This document shows positions 43,101-56,600 of a stretch of 64,000 nt of DNA, piece by piece (the stretch's first letter is position 1; each line of letters starts with the position of its first letter). The DNA is from Lama guanicoe (Eukaryota), in NCBI GenBank assembly GCA_013239625.1, contig MU053873.1, forward strand, positions 3,362,524 through 3,426,523, given 5' to 3'. A model generated the notes under the pieces. The model ran no database searches. It saw only the letters and a program-made list of their open reading frames with translations, and had not been told where the DNA came from. The translations under genes and the position numbers were made by a program.

Positions 43101-46100
43101 GAATAAAGTGGAGATTTCAGTCAATGGTAACGTACCAGTGTTACTTCATGCACTGTGACAAGTGTACCACAACTGAAGGAAGATAAGGGTGCTGGGAGTG
43201 GGGTACCTGGGAACCCCTGTACTAATTTTGCACTTTTTCTGTAAACCTAAAGTTATCCTAAAATAAAAAGGCTATTTTTTTAAAAAAAATCAAGCAATAA
43301 TGAAGATATTTCTATCATTATATGAATAGACGATTCAGTTGAATAAGAACATAAAGTAGATGGATGTAAAATTCAGGAAAATGTTTTGTATGTACTGTTC
43401 CCTGCCTAGCACTAGTGTGTGTATGTGTGTGTGTGCGCCGCGGGGGGTGGGTATATGTATAATATTTAGCATTTAGGAATCGTGAATTCAGCAGCGATCA
43501 AGATTTTGAAAGAGTATAGAGTGTAAGACTCTAAAACATTGATGATCAACCGCATGGGAAGGGAAAGCATGTATTCAAAAACCCATGTTCTAAAGTGACA
43601 TTTTATTTACTTGTTTTTCATCAATACTTAAGTTATTGTATTTCAAAAAATACAAAGAATCAAAGTTAGTTGAGAAGGAACACTTGACTACTTAAGATTT
43701 TTGAAGATCTGCAGCAAATTCATATTAAGGAAATACAGACATGTTATCGGTGTACTCTGTAATTACAGGTTAAAGAATGTAGAGGGTTTTTTCTGCAGGA
43801 CAATAGAAAGCTGAAAGGAAATTTTTACAAGGGCTTCAGGGACTTGAAAACTCTGTGTGTGTGACTATAAATTCCCACTGACGGACTAGTTCATGATACC
43901 CAGGTATACCAGTAGTCTGGCTGCTGTAGGACACATAAAATCCACTTGTTTCTAACTGATCGCAACTTATATAATACGACTTATAGCAAAACAGAGATAG
44001 CTGTTCAGATGTGATCTTTTTTATTCCCTCTTCCAGGAGTTCTGTAAGACAAATCTGTTGACGAGACATTAATTTGCTTAATTATGGGATCAAATCTTCA
44101 GAACGCATGAAGTGATGTGTCCTTGAAATATTTAACTGTTACGATACAATTCAAAATGCCTCCTACTACTTCTGTCACCACCCTCCACCCGGATGGTATT
44201 TAAGAAGACCTTTGAATTGCAGACCAGGTGAGATGGCACACACAGGTCTTGAGCCCCTCCGAATAAGCAAATCGAGGCTCCGAGGATAGGTGGCAGTTCA
44301 CTGATGGTGCCCAGAGCCAGTGCACCTGTCACTGGCAGCCTGGAGACCGCAAAGAATGTACTTGCGGATTCACGGGAGCTGAGCCCGGCCACCTTCTAGC
44401 TGGATGACTCCTGAGAAGTGCGTACCCTTAACCTATGAAACAGAAGGCTATCTACCACGTCCTGGTGGTCTCCGAGGCGGGTGAAATATTCCATGTGTGT
44501 GAAGAGACAAATTGGTATTATTTACTTCTACACCATCATGTGACAGGCTAGGCGTCCTAAATACCCCGACAAGCGGCTCCAGTGAAGTAAAACTAAAATC
44601 CGGTGAAAGGTGGCAAATGACATGTGAAGTGCATCATTTACGATCAAGAAGTCCACTGTGTAGCACAGAACAGGAAAGAACGTGTTCGCCAGAAAGCAGG
44701 GTCATGGGGGGCTCTGTCTGCTAATACCAGGGGATAGGCAGGGGGCCAAATGCTTTACAATGTGTTATCTCATTTAATTCTCACAACAAGGCAGGTGCTT
44801 TCAGTATCCTGGCTTTACAGACTTGGATACGGAGGCTCAAAGAATGCACGAACTTTGTCCGAGCCAGAAAGTGAGGACGCTGATTTGACCTATGATGCCA
44901 GACTCCAACTCTGGACCCCTAGGTGTCCTGTCTCGGCCCAACACCAGCCTGCAGACACCTGGGGGCCAGACTCTGGGTTCACCCCGCACGGGGTCCCAAA
45001 GCAAGAAGATCGATCAATGGGCACAACTTAGTGAAGGTAAATTTCAGCCACCAAATAATAAAAAATGTGCTGCCTCTTGGACCTATCCAGGAACGGAAAG
45101 GGCCGACAGCACCCAACCTGAGGAAGGGCCCAAGCAGAGGCTGCATGACGACCTGCAGGCGATGCCGGGGCAGGAGGCAAGCGCCTGAATTAGGTGACTT
45201 TGATTACTCCTTCTTACGCTGACTCGATCATTTTATAAACCAAGCTTCACTGACTATTCCACCTTGCCCACTGTTCTAACACAGCTGTTACGTGATCAGA
45301 CTGGTAGCTCTGGATCTATCAAATCACATTTTTCCATTCTCTTTTGTTTTCAGAAATACATCCACTCACAGACTGCTCCTATATTAAAAAATTTCCAGCC
45401 CCCACACTGAAGAACTCCACCATTTACTTTGCAGAAGACCCTTACATCTGGCTCAGGGGCACTTAACTGCTTCACATCAACCTCCGTGGGACAAGTGACA
45501 GAGGAGGGGTGGAGCCTGATGACAGTGGTCCTTGTAGGAGAGCATCCTCCTTGTCCGCACTGAGCTACCTGCTGTGGGAGCCATGTCTCCTGGAGTGCTA
45601 CATCCTCCCAGACTGTACACCCTAAGTCAAAAGTGGGCCATTATTCAGAAGAGAATGTTTCTCCCCTGCCAAGTATGGGAGCAGGAGGCTGTACCTAAAA
45701 CCCCTTCCTGGCCACCTCCGGATTCCTGGCTCTTCACCCACGGCCTGAGCCATGGAGGGTTCCCAATACACAGTTTCTGGTTAACTTCCCAGTGAGCCCT
45801 AAGAAGTAGAAGTTCCAGATGATCTCATTGACTATGCTTTCCAAAAGACAGCCTATTTCTTTTGGGGTAAATTACCTCAGGAGTGAGATCATGGGCTTCC
45901 ATAAATCTATGGAGGGATTTTCTTTTGATGTGCACACAAAATTGTCTTAATATTCCCAGCAAAATATGTGAGCGTCGAAAGCTTACATTTTTCCAGTGTC
46001 TGCTTTCCTGCAACCGTAGACTTCACCAAATCCTCCGCGTCCAATAATCCTATGTACGCTGAAATCATTCATGGTCAACTGTGAATTCAAAATGTGAAAT

Positions 46101-49100
46101 GAAAACATAAAACTGCATAAAAATTATGCCACTGTTCTCATGCAAAACCTATACAGTTATTAAAAGGGTGATTCTGATAGATCTGCCCTTTCTGGGACTG
46201 GTCCCTCCAACTGAGAGATGAGACGCACAAGGTGGCAAGACACTGCAGAACCACCTTCTATGCAAATTCCACAAAGTGCACACAACGGAGGCAAATGGAA
46301 AGATGACACAGTGGGAGCTGAGTTAGACTATTTTTCCAATCTCATAAATCTTAGATTGTAAGACGTACACTTTGAAGACACGTGAGTGAGAAATTTCCAA
46401 TCAAAATAAAAAGCGACCTCAGCTACTCTGAAGCCTAAAGTTTGGGGACAATTCAGCAATTCCAGGAACTGCCATGGTAAAAAAAAAAGTCTACATTAGG
46501 GCATCTATGTTTTCCTAACAGTGGGCCATATGATTGGAGAGCCCAACAGATGCTGGCCATGTGAATTTTTTTATCAATAACGTCAGTGAGTAGAGAGGAC
46601 CCGTGCCGGAAATGTGAGTGTGAAACCTGACCAAGTGTGAGCAACTCTATAAAGAGGCTTTATTCATAAGCCCTTTCCTTTTGTCAATAATATCTCTGCA
46701 ATGCCCTGCTTCCCAAGTAGTTTTCATAGCATCAGACACGGTACAGAGGCAGATGGTCCTATGTCCATGGTAACGGGCGGTCAGACAAGAGCAAATGCCC
46801 ACTAACTGATGGATCCTGGCAAATGAAGGGTCAGATTCTTGAAGGGTTTTCCGAGACAACCCTTAAAATACCATGTCTGCCGCCAGGTGGGGACATCTGG
46901 CCCACAAGTTTCATCTTTGGTGCTCAGAGGACACGAGGACATGAAGACATGAGGACAGCAGGTCACAAGAAAGATCTACAGCAGAGATAAGGGATTTTTT
47001 TTTTAATATATGTTATGGCCTCTTGCTTCTAAATTCTGCCAAGAAATGGGATGGAGAGGGGAGGTTAAAAAGAAAAAAAAAATGTTCCAACAGTACCATT
47101 TAAGTAAGGAACTCAAAAAATATCTAGTTCTTTCTGTATCTAATTGCAAACTGGAGGAGGGTACGGCTCAGTGGTAGAGCACGTGCTTAGCGTGTACGAG
47201 GTCCTGGGTTCCATCCCCGGTACCTCCATTAAAATAAATTAATAAATAAACCTAATTACCTTCCTCCACAAAAAAAAATTTTTTTAATTAAAAGTGAAGT
47301 ACAGAATGTGCCCGAAGTAAAGAATTACTGACACTGAAAAGATAAAAGATGACAAAACACTAAGGAAATACACGTTGGAAAGTAGCCTATACTTGAGGAG
47401 TGCTTTTATGATTCTCAAAATAAAAATATACTTTACTAAAAATAAATAAATAAAAATAAGATGAAATCGTGGTCTAGTAAAAAGTGTCATCATTTATATT
47501 ATCTGACTGTACCTAATAATAAGGAAAAAAAAAAGAAGAACTGTACCAGGAAGGCAAAAAGACATGAGCACGTGGAGATTACATTACGCAGAAGTCCTGT
47601 ATTTTTCCTACTATTTCTGTTAAAGGGTCAATTACCGCTTAAAATATCCTTTCTTAAATAAACACATTCTTATATGAATATGAAAAAAGAGAATTAAAAC
47701 TCAAATTGTTTACAACCGGCTATGGGAGGATGGATTTTTCAGGCACGAAGCTGTGAGAAGGACATCTGTTTAGGCTGTGCTGTTACCCTGGGGAGTTCGC
47801 TCCCGGACAAAGTATTTTCTCATGAAGTCAAGCCAGAGGAAGTTTTTATTTAAAAAGAAAGAAAGGAAAAGATGATACTCACATGGATATTTAATTCTAC
47901 ATTTTTCCACTGGCAAAATCTGGTGAACTTGTCACTGAAAGAGAACATAAGGAGTTTAACTGAAAAGTTAAAATATCACATTAACTGGATTTAAAGAACA
48001 GTGTTTTCCGAGGAGCTAGAATTGGACTACTTGTGCAGCTGACCTCAAACGAAGTTAAGTTTCAGTAAACACTTTTTCACAGAGCATTCGCCCAGGATTC
48101 ATGGCTTCATTTTACGATTCTGATCAAAGACTTTGTGTTTCTCCTTTAATTGTCATTACATTACGGTAACATCTTTATCTGAATCAGCACTGCCCAACAG
48201 ATGGGTAACACAGACCGCATAGGTAATGTAATTTTAATAATATATTTTATCTAACCCAGTATATCAAAAGATTATCATTTCAACACATAATCAATATAAA
48301 ATTTTAATGAGGTAGTCTACATCTTTATTCTTGTATTGAGTCTTGAAACCCAGTGTGTATTTTGCATGTATAGTCCATCTTAATTCAGACTAGTCATATT
48401 TCAAGAGCCCGGTAGCTACATGGGGCTAGTGGCTCCCATATTGGCCCGTGCAGCTCTAAACAACCACACAAAATGAATGTTTACAAATAATCATAGGAGT
48501 AGCAACTACTTAAATCGTGCTTATCGCGTGCCAGGCCCTGCTCACTTACCCCTCCAACAACTCTACGGCCAGCTACTGCGGTGACCTCATTTTACAGCTG
48601 GGAAGATGAGCTTGCCCAAGGTCACACAGAGAGAGAACTGGGTGGAGCAGAATTTGAACTCAAACCAATTTCTGCCTCACAAAGACACAAACGGCGTAGG
48701 GGAGAAACCCTCAGACTAGAATCAGAAGGCAGAGTAAGTCAGTCTGTTGTAAGACCCCGCGGTTTACCCAATCACTGGCTGTTTTTTTCATTCCTGCAGT
48801 GAGAAAAATATCCAGCCCATATCTATTTAATAAAGACATTATTTTGATTGTTTTTTTTAAATTAATGAGCAACCGGTCTAGAAAGTGTTTGTTTTTGAAG
48901 GTTTTTCAAAAGAAACACGTTCTAGATTGAATACTCCTTAAAAGCACAGAAAGTTCTTGGGGGGTGTTGGGTTTTATTTAGCCCCTGGCATGATTCCTTA
49001 CACAGGCATAGTATTCAGGGTTCTATAAGTGAATGAATGCATGAAAATGAAAGGAAGAAAGAGAGGGAGAGAGGAAGGCAGGAAGGGAGGGAGGGAGCTC

Positions 49101-51162
49101 TTACAAAGTGCAAGTTACAGGTGTTATCAGCATACAACACAATGCCTTAAGGCATCCAAATATTCCCTGGCAGTTTCATCTAATGTGCTTGCTAAGGATC
49201 TTTTAAAAAACTATTTCTGAGGCTAATAATCAAATTAAGAATCAAAAGCAGAAGAACTCTTGTAGTTACACAGCATCTTTTTGCAATGAATCTGAAATGA
49301 CTTTTAAAGAGTATTTCATTGGTCCTCCCAACATCTATGAGGCTGGTAAAATGAAATTATATTTTTAGAGTTTCTGAGGGTTCTTTCAAACAATTTTTTA
49401 AAAGTAAAGTGACTGCAAAAGGTACAACCACATTAGGGGGTCTCAGCATTTATAAATCCCTCACTGTTACTTTGCTGTCCACTAGGTGTGCTAGCTCATA
49501 TCCTCTCTCCTCGCAGATTTTGGCATTCAGAATATTATATATGTATGAACAAGAACTGACTTTAAAGGCAAATCATTTACATAAAATGGTGACAGTTTCA
49601 GAAACTCCAGTGTGAGGTACATGCTTAAAATGCAAACGGCTTCCCTTATATTTCCTGTGACAATACGACTGAAAGGTGAACTCAGTGGGAGAAAATGATG
49701 GTGCAGGTTTACCAGGTGGGTACACAGTGGAGTTAACAAGACCTCTTCCCCAATTTTAAGTGCCATCCCCATGGCTCCCCTCTCCCCCAAGGATCACATA
49801 AAAGCTAGGTTGATCCAAAAGTTTGGGGAAAGTCAAGGTTTTTTAAAATTAATTAATTAACTTCTTTTTTTCTTTATTTAATTGAAGTCTAGTCAGTTTA
49901 CAAGGTTGTGTCAATTTCTGGTGTGCAGCATAATGCAGATTTCAGAACCAACAGCAACGGAGTCAGCTCAGGACTCGGGCTGAATCTCAGCCCTGAGTCC
50001 TCAGTTTGGTTCCACTGCTATTTGGCAAAGTCTCAGTCCTAGCTCAGAAAAGTGCAACCATTTGTATGCATATTAGTTTCCCAAAGGACTGACTCTACCC
50101 CAGGATAAAATTATCTCTTAAATTCTGGTAGAATCATAACACAATTTAAAAAAAAAATTACTTCAGTTCTGTGAACACGTGGAGGGAAAAAAAAACCACT
50201 GCGCTGAAGCATTTGTTCTTAAAGGGCAGTTACTGAACAGCTGCCTGCTGCTCTGTGATGAGGCGCAATCATCACGTTCATTGTCAAGAAATTAGCCAAG
50301 TTGCTGGAGAAAAGTACAGTCAGTGTGAATGCAGATGTGGTTTTGGAAAGTCCGATTCCAAAGGTGCATTACAACAGAGGAAAACACAAAGTACTGAAGA
50401 ACTGGCTCTTCGGGGCTTGAGGATCATAGGAAGACTTCTACAGGCATTACTGAAAATTTTATATGACAAACACAATTTATAGTTTGAGTAACCCAAACAG
50501 ACATGTTTATCAGGCATATTGATGATATACATGACCACAGACATTTGCTGATACCCTTAAATCCTAAAAGATGAAGAGAAGGCTTGAACCACTTTGAAAG
50601 ATATGATTTCAAAGTCTAAACAAACGAATTAGATACAGAGTCATGCCTGCATTAGTAAAGGTGTCCCAAAAAGATACTTTTAATTCTGAGGTTCCCTATT
50701 TTATGTAAATTTTAGACCATTTTGAAGCTAAAGAACTAAAGATCAGAGGGACAGTAAATATACAAATTCTAAATTATAAAGTATCGAGGAAAGAGTCTAA
50801 TACAAAGCCTGGCACATAGCACATGGCCAATAAATGTTTGTTGAATGAATAAATTAATACAATTAAGGCCAGCACTTATTAAGTAAAATGAGGACTACCT
50901 ACACAGTACAAGATTTTATTATGCATACTAGTATAATGTTACATGCCAAACATATCTCAATAAAAACATATATATATACGTATACTTTAATTTTTTATTT
51001 TTATTTTATCTTGGGGGGATAATTAGGTATTTATTTGTTTATTTTATTTATATGGAGGTACTGGGGATTGAACCCAGGACCTCATGCATGCTAAGCACGC
51101 TATCTACCATTGAGCTATATCCTCCCCGACCTTTAAATTTTTTTAAACTTTAGTTTCTGTAT

Positions 51163-51206
<44 letters not shown>

Positions 51207-53550
51207 AAACACACACACAGAGACACACACAGAAAGTTTCATACCTTTCTAGGAATTTTTGAAAAATGTTGCCTCGGAGACTTTCACAAATTTCTTCTAT
51301 ATATGGCTGGAAAGGATGGAAAAGAAATTCCACACTGCATAAATAGGAGCGTATTAAAGTGAAAAACACAAACAGATGAGATTTAGGGGAGGTGATGTTC
51401 CCAGTTATGCTGCTCCCCCCCCCAATATTGTCTTGTGCTTGCCCTTCTTGGCACCTGTCCAATTTTCATCAACAGATTCATGGTTACAATTATTTAGTAG
51501 TTATCTACGCCACCTGACAGCATGTTTCATGAAGGCAAGGACAGGTCTGTCCTGTGTGTCATTGTAGCCCTTCTGCCTAGCACAGCTCCCGGCAAGTCAC
51601 AGACACGTCGTCAATGCCCAGAGTCAGCTTCACGGGCATGTGACCAGTGTAGCCCCACAGAAGAGTCCAGAGCTCGGTTTGGTGTCACCATCCTGAAATT
51701 CTCAATAGTTTCTGAATAAGGGCCCCCACGTTTTCATCGTGTACCGGGCCCTGGAAGTTATGCAGCACATCCTATAAATTACACAGCACGCCCTGTAAAT
51801 TACTATTAATTACATAATTACTATTAATTACGATGATCATATATGATCAGCATTAACACTGAGTTTTAAAGACTAAAAGCTAAGGGACCCATGGAGTAAG
51901 TGGTTTTAAATTAGCTGTTTTACTTACTGATTTTCCATCTCTCATAATTATAGAGCTAAAGGTAACCATGGTGGAGGAGGAGGGAGTTAAGCCCAATGCT
52001 CATTTTGCACATAAGAGGCTGTAGGCAGGTGCATTCCCAAGGTCTTTGAGCAAGTTCATGGCTAAGCTGGGGTCAAGGCAAGAGGTCCCAGCTCACTTGG
52101 GCAGTGCTCTTTCCCTATGGGGAACAGTCTACCTCACTTCCGTGCCAATTTACCATCACCAAATAAACTGCATGAATTTATGTTCCACGAGACAGACTCC
52201 AAATCAAGAACTATAAAAATATCAAACGCCAACATTTCACAGCTCAGCCTAGAGTCAAGTAGATAGTTTTGGAAAATATCTTGATAGCCTACACTCATTG
52301 AATGAAGCAAATTTAATGTTTTCTGTGTCTTCGTAGATAATCCTGAAAATTTGTGAAAAAGAAGGACCAGATCAGGAACTGTCCATGGCACGAGACAGGA
52401 CGAGGAAGTCTGGAGAAGCCACTGTAACCAACGCAGGCAGTGAGACAACCATAGCTTGTCTGGGGCCTCACTTCCTGCCCAAGAAAGGAGACTCGGGGCT
52501 AGGCCAGCCTCCATCGCCTGCCAGGTGGGCCCTTGCTGTGCTGGTCAGGGCGCTCGTTCTGGCCACTGAAACCAAATGGACTTTGTTTCCTCCATGGTAA
52601 AAAGGAAAGCTGAACTATCTCTGAAGCTCTTTCCAGCTCTGAAATCCTATGATTCTGTGATGACATACAATACCGGTCTTAGCTAAGTCTTCTAGGTGCA
52701 AAAGACCAAGGGCCACAAGCCTCAAGAAGTTCCAAGGACTTCAAAAGACAAAACAGATCAAGTGCTCAAAGATCTATGAGAAGGCTGAACTTGTATATCA
52801 CAAATTTTTTATTTACAAAACCCATTGTTAATTTTTTTCATATTTTATCAAATATCTCATGCTTTCCGCTAATAAAATAAAAGGCAAAGGTCATGAGAAA
52901 TTCTTAAGGCTCAACATAACATACCACATTGCCACTTTTCAACAGAAAGAACCACAAAATGTGCCAGGGAGGCGGCACAAAAGCCAGAGTTCAATGGTGG
53001 GGTCGTGAACAAGCAACCTCACCTCTCTGATTCTCAGTTCCCTTAATCTATAAAATGGGATAATCATAATTGCAGTGAATTTGTGACAATTTAATAGGAT
53101 TAAAAATGGTGAGAGCCCTGCACCGGGCCTGTCACAGTTTAGGCACCTAAGCATAAGCCAAGACCCCTCTAGCCCCTGCCACCAAATATACTCATGTAAT
53201 GACTTATTTCCATAGTCAATTTGGAAATGAAAAGAATAAAAAAGCACTTTGTATTTACTTTCAGAGCATTTTTGTTTCACTACCTCCTTCTCCTTGATAA
53301 GAAATTTCAATTCAGTAGGGGAGGGTATAGCTCAAGCTCCAGAGCACATGCTTAGCATGCATGAGGTCCTGGGTTCAATCCCCAGTACCTCCTCTAAAAG
53401 TAAATCAATATATAAACCTAATTACCTCCCGTCCAACCAAAAAGGAAAGAAAGGGAGAAAGGGAGAAAGAGAGAGAGAGAGAGAGAGAAAGGAAGAAAGA
53501 GAGAAAGAGAGAGAGAGAGAGAGAGAGNNNNNNNNNNNNNNNNNNNNNNN

Positions 53551-53608
<58 letters not shown>

Positions 53609-56600
53609 GAAGGAAATTTCAACTCAGACATCACACTTGCTGATTTCTAAATATATTATAAATCTGTAATAATCAAAATAGCATGGCACTAACGTAAAGA
53701 CAGACATTATGAACGAATGGAACAGAGAGTCCAGAAATAAATCCACACATCTGTGGTCAACTGATCTTTGCCAGGGGTGCCAAGAACATATAATGGGGAA
53801 AGGACAGTCTCTTCAATAAACGGTGTTGGTAAAACTGGACACCTACATGGGGAATGAGATTGGACCCTTATCTTACACCACATAGAAAAATCAACTCAAG
53901 ATGAAGACTAAAATATAAGACTGGAAACTGTACAACTACTAGAAGAAAACATGGGGGAGAAAAGCTTCTCGATGTTGTCTGGGTGATGATTTTTTTGGAT
54001 ATGACAGGCAACAAAAGTAAAAATAGACAAATGGGATTGTATCCAACCAAAAAGCTTCTACACAGCAAAGGAAACAACCAACAGAGTGAAAAGGCAACCT
54101 ATAGAATGGGAGAAAATATTTGCAAATCATATATCGCATAAGGGGTTAATATCCAAAATATATGAGAAACTCAACTCAACAGCCAAAACCCCCAAATAAC
54201 CCAATTCAAGAGAGGACTAAGGACCCTGACAGATGCTGTTCAAAAGAAGATAAACAAAGAGCCAACAGACATATGAAAAGGTGCTCAACATCACTAATCA
54301 TCAAGGAAATGCAAATCAAAACCACAATGAGATATCACCTCACACCTGCTGGGATGGCTACTGTCAGAAAGTCGAGCGGTAAGTGTTGGTGAGGATGTGG
54401 AGAGAAGGGAACCCTTGCGCGCTGTTGGTGGGGGATGTAAACTGGTGCAGACATAATGGAAAACAGTCTAAAGAATCCTCAAAAAATTAAAAACAGAACT
54501 ACCGTATTAATCAGCCATCCTCCTTCTGGTGTATAACCAAAGGAAATGAAATCAGTTTCTTGAAGAGGCATCTACACTCCCTTGTTCATTGTAGTTTTAC
54601 TCACAACAGTTAAGATATGGAAACAACCTAAGTGTTGCTGATAGATGAACAATGGATAAAGAGCATGTGGGATGGATACATGTATATATACATATTTACG
54701 TAATATAACTTGATTGTACTATTTTATTTATTTATTTTATTGAAGTTTAGTCAGTTACAATGTTGTGTTAATTTCTGGTGTGCAGCAAAGTGATTCAGTT
54801 ATATATAAATATATTCCTTTTCCTATTCTTTTTCATTATAGGCTATTGCAAGATATTAAATATAGTTCCCTGTGCTTTACAGTAGGACCTTGTTGTTTAT
54901 CTACACATTTCTTTAAACACACAATAGTATATTATTCAATCTTTAAAAAGAAGGAAATCCTGCGATTTCTGACACCATGGGTGAATGTGGAGAACATTAC
55001 ACTAAGCGAAACAGGCCAGACACAGAAAAATAAGGCATGATTGCTCTTATGTGGAATCAAAAAAAAATAGTCAAACTCATAAAAGCAGAGTAGAATGGTG
55101 GTTGCCAGGGGCTGGGAGGTGGAGGAAATGGGGCAGTGTTGGTCAAAGGGTATGAAGTTTCAGTTATGCAGGATAAATAAGTTCTGGGGACCTAATGCAC
55201 ACCACGGGACTACAGTTAATTACACTGTAGTGTATCTTTGAAATGTGCTAAGAGAGTTGATCCTAAGTGTTCTCACCATACGTAAAAAAATGTTGACTAT
55301 GTGAGGTGATGGATATGTTAATTAGTTTGATCACAGCAATCATTTCACAATAAATACATGTATCAAAACATCAAATTATACATCTTAAAGCCTGGGAGGA
55401 AAAAAAATCCCAACTCAAACAATGTCAATCAACTTTATGGTTAATGTCCCTCTATAAACAGGACATGCTAACATATAACTTGTATTTACTTCAATCAGTA
55501 TGGTCTGACGGTACATGTTACACTGAATTCCACTAATACACTCCTTATTTTGATCAACTTAACTATGACTATTTCCTTCACCTCTGAAATAAGAACACCA
55601 CCCAGTCTGTATCTATTTTACCAGGACCTTATTTTCATTTTTTTTTTCTCAAGAACAAATCAGTAAAGCATTTTTAAAAGATATATTGAGTCACAGCCTC
55701 ACCCATTTATTGGCTTTGGGCAAGTTACTGAATCGTTTTTAAGCTCAGTTGCTCCATTTGTTAAAAAAAAAAAAAAAAGGCGCAGTAAGAATGATGCTGC
55801 CTTCGGCTCTCCTGAGGGTCACGCGAGTTCATGCATTGCTGTACTTTGTCTAACACCTGGCACCTGATGAATATTTGTATAAGAATTTAAATGATTATGT
55901 TAAAATCAGTGTTTTGGGAGATTACTTAACAACATGATCTGTTACACAAAGATACAATTTAAAATAAAAATGAATATAAGGTCAAAAAAAAAAAGCTATA
56001 CTGAAGAAGTAGCTTCTAAATGAATATTCCTTGAAGGCACAAGAAGAATCTTGGTGGTTTCTGTAGCGCAGGTGGAGTTTTTGTTTTTTCTTTAATGTTA
56101 TTTATGCTACAGGAAAAGCTAAAGTCAGAGGTGTAAAATCCATGTACTGTGAGGTCTAACTGAACAATGTTAAATGTAACTGGTTACAAGACTGTCTCTG
56201 AACCATGTCAAAATCAGAACACTGAAATTCTGCCACTAAAATATCATGGAGGCAACCAGAAGCAGATTATTCGCATGACACTTTTTGAATGCACAGTGTC
56301 TGATAAGGACTCACGTTTATGGGGCATTGTGATGGACAGGCCCAGGGGAAAGCAACCCACATGCGCTGAATGCTCAAGACGCCACTTTGTGGGAGAGCCC
56401 ACTGTCATTTCCACTTCTTAGGTGGGAAAACTCAAGTGAGAAGAGGTAAGTAGCTTGCCCACGGTCTCTGAATCCAGGTCGCTGACCTTCCAAGCTTATA
56501 ACCTGCTAGACTATCCAGAAAGGTCCTACATCTTAAGAGAAGTCCATCTAATTATTCTGACAGGAAGGCAGCACCCAGTTTGTACCCAAATGTTCTCAGA

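Noticed and set aside
51798..51831. Short tandem duplication aattactattaattac x2
   Set aside because: Ordinary slippage duplication in AT-rich intron; no array or spacer structure. No CRISPR-like array was seen anywhere in the window.
53318..53392. tRNA-Ala-like sequences with A and B boxes (also in the other seven copies)
   Set aside because: TSDs, A-rich tails and no intact acceptor stem show these are SINE heads, not tRNA genes.
53528..53550. Run of 23 N
   Set aside because: Assembly gap inside a GA-rich microsatellite, not biology; the ERKKERK-type ORFs spanning it are artefacts.
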